From assembly GCA_963722655.1 (NCBI GenBank), contig CAVRNT010000001.1, positions 313,808 through 377,807 on the forward strand: 64,000 nucleotides of DNA. Direction: 5' to 3'. Position numbers and translations under genes: made by a program. A model generated the notes under the pieces. The model saw only the letters and a program-made list of their open reading frames with translations. It searched no databases and had not been told where the DNA came from. How positions within the stretch are numbered: the stretch's first letter is position 1; every line of letters starts with the position of its first letter. Origin of the DNA: an uncultured bacterium. GTDB lineage: Bacteria > Patescibacteriota > Minisyncoccia > UBA6257 > GWB1-50-10. Below, in pieces: positions 8,621 to 17,328 of the stretch.

Positions 8621-10462
8621 ATGGCTGATTTCGAAGAGAGAGAAAAAGACGTGGTTTATTTCGGCAAGACCGATTTCCGGAACACCAACCGGCTTTTCGG
8701 CATCAAGCGCCGCGACCGGCGGCAGCATATGTACGTCATCGGTAAGACCGGCACCGGCAAGTCGGCGATGCTCAACAATCTCATCGTCCAGGACGTCGCG
8801 AACGGCGAGGGTTTGTGCGTCGTGGACCCCCACGGAGAATTGGTGGAGGGACTCCTCCAGAAGATCCCGGAGGAGCGGGTGAAGGACGTCATCTACTTCA
8901 ACCCCGCCGACCCGGATTTCCACATCGGCTTCAACGTGCTCGAGCTCCCGGACCCGAAGTACAAGCATTTGGCGGCCTCGGGGCTCATGAGCATCTTTAC
9001 CAAGATCTGGTCCGGCGTCTGGAGCGCCCGGATGGAATACATTCTGAACAACTCGATCCTCGCGCTCCTCGACACGCCCGGTTCCACCCTCCTCGGCATC
9101 ACCCGGCTCCTTGTCGACAAGGAGTACCGCCAGAAGATCATCGCGAACATCAAGGACCCGGTCGTGAAGGCCTTTTGGCTGAACGAATACGAGGAATGGA
9201 AGGACCAGTTCCGGAACGAGGCCATCGCTCCGATCCAGAACAAGGTCGGCCAGTTCCTTTCGACCGCGATGGTCCGGAACATCGTGGGGCAGGCCAAGAG
9301 CACCATCGACATCTTCGACATAATGAACAGCGGGAAGATCTTCCTCGTGAACGTCGCCAAAGGCCGCATCGGCGAGGACAATTCGGCGCTTTTGGGCGCC
9401 ATGCTCATCACGAAGATCCAGCTCGCTGCGATGGAGCGCGTCCGGGTGCCCGAGGACGAGCGGATAGATTTCTATCTTTACGTCGACGAGTTCCAGAACT
9501 TCGCCACCGATTCATTCGCCAACATCTTGTCCGAGGCCCGCAAGTACCGGCTGGACCTCACCTTGGCCCACCAGTACATCGGCCAACTCGTGACGGACGT
9601 TTCAACCAAGGTCCGCGATGCCGTCTTCGGCAACGTCGGCACGATGATCTCTTTCCGGGTCGGGGCGACCGATGCCGAATTTTTGGAAAAGGAGTTCGAG
9701 CCGGAGTTCCTGGCTCAGGATATGGTGAACCTGCCGAACTACCACGTCTATTTGAAATTGATGGTGGACGGCGTGACGAGCCGACCCTTTTCGGCGGTGA
9801 CGCTGCCGCCCTTCAAGGTGACCTCTTCCGAAAAAACCGTCTCCGAGATAATCGAATTCTCGCGCAAGCATTACGCCCGCCCGCGCTATGTGGTGGAGGA
9901 GGAGATCAGTTCTTGGGCCGGCGTTATGGGCGAGAGCGGCGGTGGAGGCGGGGGTGGGGGATTCCCGGTCGTCTGTTCCTCCTGCGGCAAGGAAACGACC
10001 GTGCCCTTCGAGCCCCAACCTGGCCGGCCGGTCTACTGCCGCGATTGCCTCGCGAAGATCAAGGCGGGAGAGCTGAAACCGGTTTGGGTAAAGCCGGGGA
10101 CCTCCGCCACAAAACCCGTCCGCCCCGCGCCTACCGGCGAGCTGGCCGGCTTGGGCATAGAGTTCGAATCCGCGCCGCAGACGCCGATGGCCGCGAAGGA
10201 GAGCGGACCAACACCAAACGCCCACCAACCCATCAAACGCAAGCCTTTCTTCAGGCGCGAAGCGCCGAAGCCGCCGCCGGCGCCGACGTACGAAGAAGAA
10301 ACCCCGACTCACCCAGCGTCCGGCGCCGTTCCTTTGAGCGCCTTGGCACCGAAGACGGAGAGCAAGAATTTGAGGCGCGAACCGGAGGAAGGAGAAAGCA
10401 TCGACGAGCTCCGCACCTCCCTCAAAGAAGCCCTCTCCAAGATCGAAAAAGAAGGAAGCTGA
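8621..10462 (+). CDS. VirD4/TraG/HerA-like ATPase (paralog 2) with CxxC-x17-CxxC zinc ribbon and Pro-rich tail
   Basis: GKTGTGKS, DPHGE, YVDEFQNF, SEARKY, AHQY; CSSC...VPFEP..GRPVYCRDC. Confidence 0.88.
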   Translation: MADFEEREKDVVYFGKTDFRNTNRLFGIKRRDRRQHMYVIGKTGTGKSAMLNNLIVQDVANGEGLCVVDPHGELVEGLLQKIPEERVKDVIYFNPADPDFHIGFNVLELPDPKYKHLAASGLMSIFTKIWSGVWSARMEYILNNSILALLDTPGSTLLGITRLLVDKEYRQKIIANIKDPVVKAFWLNEYEEWKDQFRNEAIAPIQNKVGQFLSTAMVRNIVGQAKSTIDIFDIMNSGKIFLVNVAKGRIGEDNSALLGAMLITKIQLAAMERVRVPEDERIDFYLYVDEFQNFATDSFANILSEARKYRLDLTLAHQYIGQLVTDVSTKVRDAVFGNVGTMISFRVGATDAEFLEKEFEPEFLAQDMVNLPNYHVYLKLMVDGVTSRPFSAVTLPPFKVTSSEKTVSEIIEFSRKHYARPRYVVEEEISSWAGVMGESGGGGGGGGFPVVCSSCGKETTVPFEPQPGRPVYCRDCLAKIKAGELKPVWVKPGTSATKPVRPAPTGELAGLGIEFESAPQTPMAAKESGPTPNAHQPIKRKPFFRREAPKPPPAPTYEEETPTHPASGAVPLSALAPKTESKNLRREPEEGESIDELRTSLKEALSKIEKEGS

Positions 10463-10487
10463 ACTTCCGTTGGGAAATTCAGCTTCC
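10454..10487. repeat. REP-like double palindrome, family GGAAGYTSAACTTCC (copy 1)
   Basis: GGAAGCTGAACTTCC-GTTG-GGAAATTCAGCTTCC; related copy at 17733. Confidence 0.7.
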
Positions 10488-10519
10488 GGACATTCCCATC
10501 CGTCGTTAAAAAAGGCCTT

Positions 10520-11095
10520 TTAGGCCTTTTCTATCCGTTCAACGTATTCGCCGGTCGCGGTATTAACTCTAACGATATCGCCTTCGTTGATGAAAAGGGG
10601 AGCATTCACCTTCGCGCCCGTCTCCAAAATCACGACCTTCCCGCCGCCCGAGGCCGTGTCGCCCTTGATGGCCGGCGGCGCTTCGGTCACCTTAAGATCC
10701 ATCTTGATGGGCAGTTCGATGTTGATGATCTTTTCCCCAAATTTGTAGGCGGTGACCTCCGTGTTGTTCTTCAGGAACTTGGCTGCTTCGCCAATCGTGT
10801 CGGCGGGGATGGAAAAGCGGTTCTTCGGATTGCCCTTTTCGTTGAACCAGTACTCGCCGCGGCTCTCGTAAACGAAGTTGACCGGCGTCATGTCAATCTC
10901 CGCCTCCACGTAATCCTCGTTCTGGTGGGCGGCGTATTCCTGCGTCTTGCCGCTCACGAGATTGATGATCTTGAGTTGCATCACCGGTTTCCTCTGCTGC
11001 ATCCGGATGAAGGCAGATTCCAAGACCTTGAAAGGAGCGCCGTCCTTAAGGAAGATCGTCCCGACTTTTAGTTCGTTGTATGATAACCTTGCCAT
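10520..11095 (-). CDS. efp: Elongation factor P
   Basis: PPAIKGDTASGGGK, LETGAKVNAPLFINEGD, NTATGEYVER. Confidence 0.92.
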   Translation of the reverse strand: MARLSYNELKVGTIFLKDGAPFKVLESAFIRMQQRKPVMQLKIINLVSGKTQEYAAHQNEDYVEAEIDMTPVNFVYESRGEYWFNEKGNPKNRFSIPADTIGEAAKFLKNNTEVTAYKFGEKIINIELPIKMDLKVTEAPPAIKGDTASGGGKVVILETGAKVNAPLFINEGDIVRVNTATGEYVERIEKA

Positions 11096-11149
11096 AGCGT
11101 TCACTATTCTATTGAAAATCCACTAGAATTTCAAGATAATGCCTCGGCG

Positions 11150-12241
11150 ATGATACATAAGACTAAAAAGGTGTTTGTCGGCATGAGCGGAGGAGTCGAT
11201 AGTTCCGTCGCCGCTTATCTGCTCGAAAAACAGGGTTACGACGTGACCGGCGTTTTTCTGCGCTCATACAACTTGGATGGCTGCGCCGAACGCGATGCCG
11301 AGGACGCCCGCCGGGTGGCCGAGCAGATCGGCATTCCTTTCTATGTCTTCGACTGTGAAAAGGAGTACAAGGATAAGGTGGTGGACTATATGGTGAAAGG
11401 CTACGCCGCCGGTGAGACGCCAAATCCGGACGTGATGTGCAATAAGGAGATAAAGTTTGGGCTCTTTTACGACAAGGCGCTCACGATGGGGGCCGACTAC
11501 GTGGCGACCGGACACTACGTAATTCTTCGCCGGAATTCTCTCTTTGAAGCGAGGGATAAAAATAAAGATCAGTCCTACTTTTTGTGGACATTAACGCAGG
11601 TGCAGCTCGCGCATTGCTTGTTCCCGATAGGGAAATACACGAAGCCCGAGGTGCGAGAGATCGCGCGCAAGGCCGGGCTCCCGACGGCCGAGAAAAAGGA
11701 CTCGCAGGGCATCTGCTTTTTAGGGCAGGTGTCGCTCGAAGATTTCCTCAAGGATTACATCAAGCCGATGCCGGGAGAGGTATTGACGGTAGATGGGCAT
11801 AGGATCGGCGACCACGCCGGTGCCGCTTTCTACACCATCGGCCAGCGTCACGGACTGAATCTGGGAATGACGAACAAAGAATTGGGGATACGCGGCGCGA
11901 AGACGACGAAACCATATTATGTCGCGGAGAAAGATATCGCGACGAACACCGTCGTCGTCGCTGAGGGCGACGACAACCCAGCTCTTTTTCGGAAGGAAGT
12001 GAAGCTCGCCGACGTCAATTTTATCAGCCCGAAGACTGATGCAACTCTCCGTGCGAATAAAAATATGAACGTTATGGCGCGGGTCAGATACAGACAGCCA
12101 CTTACAGAAGCGATTTTGTCTTACGGCGCCGATTTCCTTTCCATCAAGTTCAGTCAGCCGGTCAAATTCGTGGCCAAGGGTCAGTCAGCCGTTTTTTATT
12201 CGAAGGAAGGAGAAATGCTGGGTGGAGGAGTCATTTGTTGA
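11150..12241 (+). CDS. mnmA: tRNA 2-thiouridylase MnmA
   Basis: MSGGVDSS, TPNPDVMCNKEIKF, ATGHY, KDQSYFL, DSQGICF, YTIGQR. Confidence 0.96.
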   Translation: MIHKTKKVFVGMSGGVDSSVAAYLLEKQGYDVTGVFLRSYNLDGCAERDAEDARRVAEQIGIPFYVFDCEKEYKDKVVDYMVKGYAAGETPNPDVMCNKEIKFGLFYDKALTMGADYVATGHYVILRRNSLFEARDKNKDQSYFLWTLTQVQLAHCLFPIGKYTKPEVREIARKAGLPTAEKKDSQGICFLGQVSLEDFLKDYIKPMPGEVLTVDGHRIGDHAGAAFYTIGQRHGLNLGMTNKELGIRGAKTTKPYYVAEKDIATNTVVVAEGDDNPALFRKEVKLADVNFISPKTDATLRANKNMNVMARVRYRQPLTEAILSYGADFLSIKFSQPVKFVAKGQSAVFYSKEGEMLGGGVIC

Positions 12242-12278
12242 CAACGTTCGCGGGGGATAATCGTGGTATACTTTATAC

Positions 12279-12944
12279 ATGACCATAGCATCAGTTCTAG
12301 TGGTGTTACAGATGGCGATTTCACTGCTTTCGATGGCTAGTGCTCCGGGAGTCCCCGCCAATATCCTCCAAGAAGCCCAGTCATTCGCCGCCCAAGCGAT
12401 GACTCTTGCCACACAAGCATTAGAACAATCCCCTGACACGCAATTAGGTTCAATCCCCAGCACTTCTCCGGTTTCGAGTGACGTAAGCACTTCGGGGATA
12501 GCGGTGAACTACACTCCTCCAGTCCAGAACACGCTTGGATCGGGGATGGGAACCGTGGTTGAGTCCGCTCCAGCTCCAACTTCCACGCCAATAACAAGTT
12601 GTACAATCACTGGAACTTATAATGGGCCGAATCGAGACGATTTTTCCAAAAACATGAATGAAATGACGAGAGTTATGGATAGAGAAATGTATGTTTCATT
12701 CACATATACCCTCAATGGTGAACCAACTTCTACACCTGTATACATAAGCGGAGATGACACACCTCAGATTATTTCTCCTTCCCAGTCAAATACGCTCCTT
12801 AGAAATCTTTATGTGTTAAGGATAGGAGATGCTGTCTGTGAAGCTCGTTGGGCGAACAATTGGTTGTCTCAAGACATGATGCCTGTCACCTCGCTGTCTC
12901 AAGGCATCACGCCTGCTAGTGGCGAAACTACGGTCGGTTTCTGA
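12279..12944 (+). CDS. Hypothetical exported protein with Ser/Thr/Pro-rich linker
   Basis: Hydrophobic N-terminus, lower GC than flanks, TG-TATACT -10 box 6 nt upstream. Confidence 0.6.
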   Translation: MTIASVLVVLQMAISLLSMASAPGVPANILQEAQSFAAQAMTLATQALEQSPDTQLGSIPSTSPVSSDVSTSGIAVNYTPPVQNTLGSGMGTVVESAPAPTSTPITSCTITGTYNGPNRDDFSKNMNEMTRVMDREMYVSFTYTLNGEPTSTPVYISGDDTPQIISPSQSNTLLRNLYVLRIGDAVCEARWANNWLSQDMMPVTSLSQGITPASGETTVGF

Positions 12945-13302
12945 CCGGTATCAAACCCGCACCTCCTCTGGCGGCCAGTTTCGTTATGAGTCCCGGCACG
13001 GCTCCAGTCGCGCCCGTGACCAATTTTCTTCCCACCGCTTCGGGATTGGCGAAAGTCCTCACTGCGGCACTTCTTGCCATGTTCAAAAGGAATTACGTAC
13101 TTCGTAATGCTCGTCTTTTTCAACGGAATACCCTCACTCCAGAAAATCGCTACAAGGCGGTTTTTTAACGATGTTCCGTTTCTCCTACCATTAATGATTT
13201 AGAGTTGTTGTAATAATTACGTTGAGACAGCAATACACAAATCCGTCTCGTGTTTCATTTGTCTCACTGGAGTTTGGCATGCTAGAATAACCTATATTAT
13301 AT

Positions 13303-14682
13303 ATGCGTACTCTTGCGCGCGAACTGCCGGAGAGGGAGGGGAAAGAAGCCGAATTGATTGGCTGGGTGGACACGCGCCGCAATCACGGCAAACTCATCTT
13401 TATCGACCTGCGTGACAGAAGCGGCATTACCCAGGTAGTCTTCACGCCGAAGGATAAGGATCTGCACGGCCTGGCGGAAAATCTCCGGCCAGAATGGGTA
13501 GTAAAAGTAACCGGCACAGTCGGCAAGCGTCCGGCCGGTATGGAAAATCCTAAGATCCCTGGAGGCCATCACGAGATGCAGGCAACTGGCTTGGAAATCT
13601 TGGCTGAGGCCAAAACACCCCCATTCGACGTCACGGGAGACGGCCGTGAAATAGGTGAGGACACGCGGATGCAGTACCGCTATCTGGACCTGCGCCGACC
13701 ACGCCTCCAGAAGAACCTTCGCCATCGGGCGGCTGTCATAAAACACATCCGAGATTTCCTCTCGGAACGCGATTTCACGGATATTGAGACGCCGGTCCTC
13801 GGCCGCTCGACTCCGGAGGGCGCGCGCGACTATCTCGTGCCGGCCCGTATTCATCCCGGTAAGTTCTATGCCCTCCCCCAGGCGCCCCAGCAGTACAAGC
13901 AGCTCTTCATGGTGGCGGGGCTCGAGCGCTATTTCCAGATCGCCCGGTGCTTCCGCGACGAGGATACGAGAGGCGACCGCCAGCCGGAATTCACCCAGCT
14001 CGACCTCGAAATGAGCTTCGTCGAGCGCGAAGATGTGATGAAATTGAACGAGGAGCTTTTGATAAGCATCGTCAAGACGTTATATCCGGAAAAGAAGATC
14101 CAGGAAATTCCCTTTCCGCGCCTGACATATAAGGAAGTAATGGAAAAGTACGGCGCCGACCGGCCGGATCTGCGGAAAGACAAGAACGACTCGAACCTTT
14201 TGGCTTTCTGCTGGATCGTGGACTTCCCGTTCTTCGAGAAAACCGATGGTGGTTGGACCTTCACGCATAATCCTTTCTCAGCCCCAAAGCCGGAATATAT
14301 GAATGACCTCTTGGCACATAAGAACATCCCCAAAATTCTCACATCACAATACGATGTCGCCTTGAATGGCTGGGAGATCGGCGGGGGAAGCATCCGGAAC
14401 CATGATTCCAAAGCGCTCAAAGCAGTCCTCCGGATAATCGGTTACGAAGACCCGAAGGAGAACTTCGGCCATATGCTCGAGGCCTTCGAATATGGGGCGC
14501 CACCGCACGGCGGCATCGCTTGGGGGCTGGACCGCCTCGTGATGATATTGGAGAACGAGCCGAACATCCGCGAGGTCATTGCCTTCCCGAAAACGGGGGA
14601 CGGCCGGGACCTGATGACGGGCGCCCCGGCGGAGGTGAGCCCGAAGCAGCTCAAGGAACTTCACATCAAGACGGAAAAGTAG
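13303..14682 (+). CDS. aspS: Aspartate--tRNA ligase, probably non-discriminating, lacking the GAD domain
   Basis: RRNHGKLIFIDLRD, YRYLDLR, STPEGARDYLVP, QIARCFRDED, EIGGGSIR, PPHGGIAWGLDR; 459 aa. Confidence 0.93.
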   Translation: MRTLARELPEREGKEAELIGWVDTRRNHGKLIFIDLRDRSGITQVVFTPKDKDLHGLAENLRPEWVVKVTGTVGKRPAGMENPKIPGGHHEMQATGLEILAEAKTPPFDVTGDGREIGEDTRMQYRYLDLRRPRLQKNLRHRAAVIKHIRDFLSERDFTDIETPVLGRSTPEGARDYLVPARIHPGKFYALPQAPQQYKQLFMVAGLERYFQIARCFRDEDTRGDRQPEFTQLDLEMSFVEREDVMKLNEELLISIVKTLYPEKKIQEIPFPRLTYKEVMEKYGADRPDLRKDKNDSNLLAFCWIVDFPFFEKTDGGWTFTHNPFSAPKPEYMNDLLAHKNIPKILTSQYDVALNGWEIGGGSIRNHDSKALKAVLRIIGYEDPKENFGHMLEAFEYGAPPHGGIAWGLDRLVMILENEPNIREVIAFPKTGDGRDLMTGAPAEVSPKQLKELHIKTEK

Positions 14683-14686
14683 ATCT

Positions 14687-15181
14687 ATGGAGAATCAGCA
14701 TCTTCACGAAGTGGCCATCACGGCCATAATCGTCAAAGATGGAAAATTCCTAATAACCCGCCGCTCGCCGAAAAAAAAGCGCTTTCCGGGGAAATGGACG
14801 GTGCCGGGAGGAAAGATGGAGACGAGCGACTATTTGAAGTTGCCGAAGGACACCGAGTTCTATTGGTACAACGTTCTGGAAAAGACGTTGCGCCGGGAGG
14901 TAAAGGAAGAAGTCGGTATAGATATTGACAACATAGAATACGTCACGAGTTTAGCGACGGTTCATAATGACGGCAGTCCATCCTTGGTCATTTCGTGTGT
15001 CGCCGATTATGCCGGTGGCGATATCACACTTCAATTAGATGAGTCTGATGAACACGCTTGGGTGGATTTAGATGAAGCGAAGGGTTATGATCTGCTGGAT
15101 GGGATTTACGACGAGTTAATTATGGCCGAAAAGAAACGCAAAGGCGAAAAAGTTGAATGGAAAAGATTTAATAAAAAATGA
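14687..15181 (+). CDS. NUDIX hydrolase
   Basis: PGGKME...LRREVKEEVG Nudix box with an insertion. Confidence 0.85.
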   Translation: MENQHLHEVAITAIIVKDGKFLITRRSPKKKRFPGKWTVPGGKMETSDYLKLPKDTEFYWYNVLEKTLRREVKEEVGIDIDNIEYVTSLATVHNDGSPSLVISCVADYAGGDITLQLDESDEHAWVDLDEAKGYDLLDGIYDELIMAEKKRKGEKVEWKRFNKK

Positions 15182-15777
15182 ACACGTCAAAACAAAGAAC
15201 ATTAGTGATCATTAAACCGGATGGGGTGCAACGCAATTTGATTGGCGAAATAGTTCACCGCATTGAGCGTACCGGTTTGAAGCTCGTGGCCATGAAATTA
15301 ATGGTCGCGACGCCCGAGCAAGGACTGGCTCACTACGGCAAAAACGACGAGTGGCTAAATGCTAAGGGAGCGAGGCGGATCGAGCAAATGAAAGCCGCTG
15401 GGAAGCCAGTGACAAAAGCGCCAAAAGATTATGGCATGGACATAGTGAACGCGAACGTGAAATTCATCATTGCCGGACCTATCGTTCCGATGATCTGGGA
15501 GGGAAACGAGGCGGTCGGCGTGGTCAAAAAGATAGTGGGTACGACGGAACCGCTCACTTCAGATGTCGGTACCATAAGAGGGGACCTGACCATAGATTCC
15601 TATGACCTATCAGATAACGACGAACGATGTGTCAGAAATTTGGTTCATTGCACGAGTGATCCGGAAGAAACGGAGCGGGAGGTGGCGATTTGGTTCAAAC
15701 CCGGGGAAATAGTGAACTATAAGCACATCAACGAGCGGATGCTCTACGATGTGAATTTAGAGGGTATCTTGGAATAA
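15178..15777 (+). CDS. ndk: Nucleoside diphosphate kinase
   Basis: TLVIIKPDGVQR, GTIRGD, RNLVHC. Confidence 0.93.
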   Translation: MNTSKQRTLVIIKPDGVQRNLIGEIVHRIERTGLKLVAMKLMVATPEQGLAHYGKNDEWLNAKGARRIEQMKAAGKPVTKAPKDYGMDIVNANVKFIIAGPIVPMIWEGNEAVGVVKKIVGTTEPLTSDVGTIRGDLTIDSYDLSDNDERCVRNLVHCTSDPEETEREVAIWFKPGEIVNYKHINERMLYDVNLEGILE

Positions 15778-15805
15778 GTGGCTGGAAGCTGGTGAATTTG
15801 TCGTG

Positions 15806-15847
15806 AAAATTGCCTGGAACGTTTTAAAATGTTCCGGGCGTGATTTT
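15806..15847. repeat. Loopless imperfect palindrome after ndk
   Basis: AAAAT-TGCCTGGAACGTTTT|AAAATGTTCCGGGCG-TG-ATTTT. Confidence 0.55.
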
Positions 15848-15917
15848 TAGGGTATCTTGTCAACTTTTTATCCACCGTTCCAGTTTCATGTTCCCAGGGC
15901 GGGTTTATAATTATATT

Positions 15918-16067
15918 GTCCCGCCAGTAAGATTCCGGATTACTTAAAGATTACAGGGACGCCTCTATAGGCCGATTTCATTGAGGATCAAGTTTTACTT
16001 TTTCTTCACCACAACCGACCTGCGGCGACCCACTTGGACTTATCCAGGATGAATCTTCAGGCGGGGC
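15918..16067 (+). ncRNA. ssrS: Probable 6S RNA (compact, about 150 nt)
   Basis: TATAAT at 15906-15911; rod fold GUCCCGCC/GGCGGGGC, AAGAUUC/GAAUCUU, central bulge, GGG-A-CGCC/GGCG-A-CCC; UACAGGGA...GGCGACCCACUUG and a 3'-bulge hairpin resemble Firmicutes-type 6S; U-rich tail. Confidence 0.7.
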
Positions 16068-16151
16068 TTTGTTAGCCCCCATCGGCGTTCGCTTATGGGG
16101 TTTAACAATGCCACGTTTTTTGTTATATTGAACCCACCTTAAGAGAGGGAG

Positions 16152-16817
16152 ATGAATATCTTGCCATTGGTTTTAGTCGCGGCTTTGGTGGACAGCTTTC
16201 AGCCCTGCGCCTTTTCCGTTTTGCTCCTCACCATCGGATTTCTTTTCAGTTTAGGCAAGGAACGCAGCGGCATCTTGAAGATCGGCGGCGCTTACATCTT
16301 CGGCATCTTTCTCGCTTACGTCACGATCGGCCTCGGTATCCTCGGGGCCTTGAGCGCCTTCGGAATGCCGAACTTCGCGGCGAAGATCGGTGCTTCACTC
16401 CTCATCCTCGCCGGTGCGATCGAGCTCTTGAACGTCTACGTTCCTGCCTTCCCGATCAAACTGAAGATACCGCAGGGAGCGCACAACCGGATTGCCGCCT
16501 TGATGGCCAAGGCCTCGGTACCAATGGGCTTCGTCCTCGGCGCCGCGGTCGGCCTCTTCGAGTTCCCGTGCGCTGGCGGTCCGTACCTGATGATCCTCGG
16601 GCTCCTGCACGATACGGCGACGCGCTTCGAAGGTCTCGGCTACCTTTTGCTCTACAATCTGGTCTTCGTATTGCCGCTCATCGTGATCCTCCTCGTCGCG
16701 AGCAGTCCGCTCTTGCTCGGGAAGGTGCAAAGATGGCGCAAAGAGAACAGCGGGAGTTTCAGGTTGTGGACGGGGATAGTGATGATATTATTGGGTTTAG
16801 TGATATTCTTAATCTAA
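16152..16817 (+). CDS. CcdA/DsbD-like transmembrane thiol-redox protein
   Basis: Six TMs with two membrane Cys: DSFQPCAF and EFPCAGGPY. Confidence 0.8.
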   Translation: MNILPLVLVAALVDSFQPCAFSVLLLTIGFLFSLGKERSGILKIGGAYIFGIFLAYVTIGLGILGALSAFGMPNFAAKIGASLLILAGAIELLNVYVPAFPIKLKIPQGAHNRIAALMAKASVPMGFVLGAAVGLFEFPCAGGPYLMILGLLHDTATRFEGLGYLLLYNLVFVLPLIVILLVASSPLLLGKVQRWRKENSGSFRLWTGIVMILLGLVIFLI

Positions 16818-16818
16818 G

Positions 16819-17325
16819 ATGCAAAAGCTGGACTTTGAGGAGTTGAAAAAGAAGATCGCCCAGATGAAGGAAAAGGGCGAATTGGACCTCTCGCTCGGGG
16901 AGGATTTGAGCTTAGCGGTCGCGAACCTGGTGAGCTTGGAGGAGCATTTCTTCTTCACTTCGGAGAAGACGAAGAAGGATGATTACCTGGACTGGCTCCA
17001 TACCGTCCGCGAGATGCGCAAGGAGCTTTTGAAGCGCCTGATGCCGGAGAACGAGGGCGAAACGTGGTGCATCTCCAAGCACCTACTCGGCACGATGTAC
17101 CGCCTGATGGAGGTCGGGACGAAGTTCGAAGGCGCGGGCTCACGGGAGGATGCGAAGAAGATGTTCGGCTACGCCTACGAGCTCTACACGATCTTCTGGG
17201 CCCTGCGGCTCAAAATATTGGACGCATCGGACCTGAAGAAAAAGGACGACAAGGTCGGCGACAAACCTTGGAGTTTCGAGGATATTGTGGAAAAACTCGT
17301 GGACTGCTGCGACGAAGGACAATAG
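16819..17325 (+). CDS. Conserved helical hypothetical protein with LEEH, WCxxKH and C-terminal CC
   Basis: Coupled between the ccdA-like and thioredoxin-like genes. Confidence 0.75.
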   Translation: MQKLDFEELKKKIAQMKEKGELDLSLGEDLSLAVANLVSLEEHFFFTSEKTKKDDYLDWLHTVREMRKELLKRLMPENEGETWCISKHLLGTMYRLMEVGTKFEGAGSREDAKKMFGYAYELYTIFWALRLKILDASDLKKKDDKVGDKPWSFEDIVEKLVDCCDEGQ

Positions 17326-17328
17326 AAC

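Noticed and set aside
8815-10509. Long alternative-frame and antisense ORFs (e.g. 8815-10509, 46363-47769, 51224-52510, 22226-23512)
   Set aside because: They are shadows of well-supported genes caused by high GC3, with Arg/Gly/Pro-rich or antisense-typical composition and no motifs.
11860-11895. GMTNKELGIR insertion in MnmA as a decayed heptamer repeat
   Set aside because: It is suggestive of a repeat-derived loop, but the DNA periodicity is too degraded to support from this window alone.
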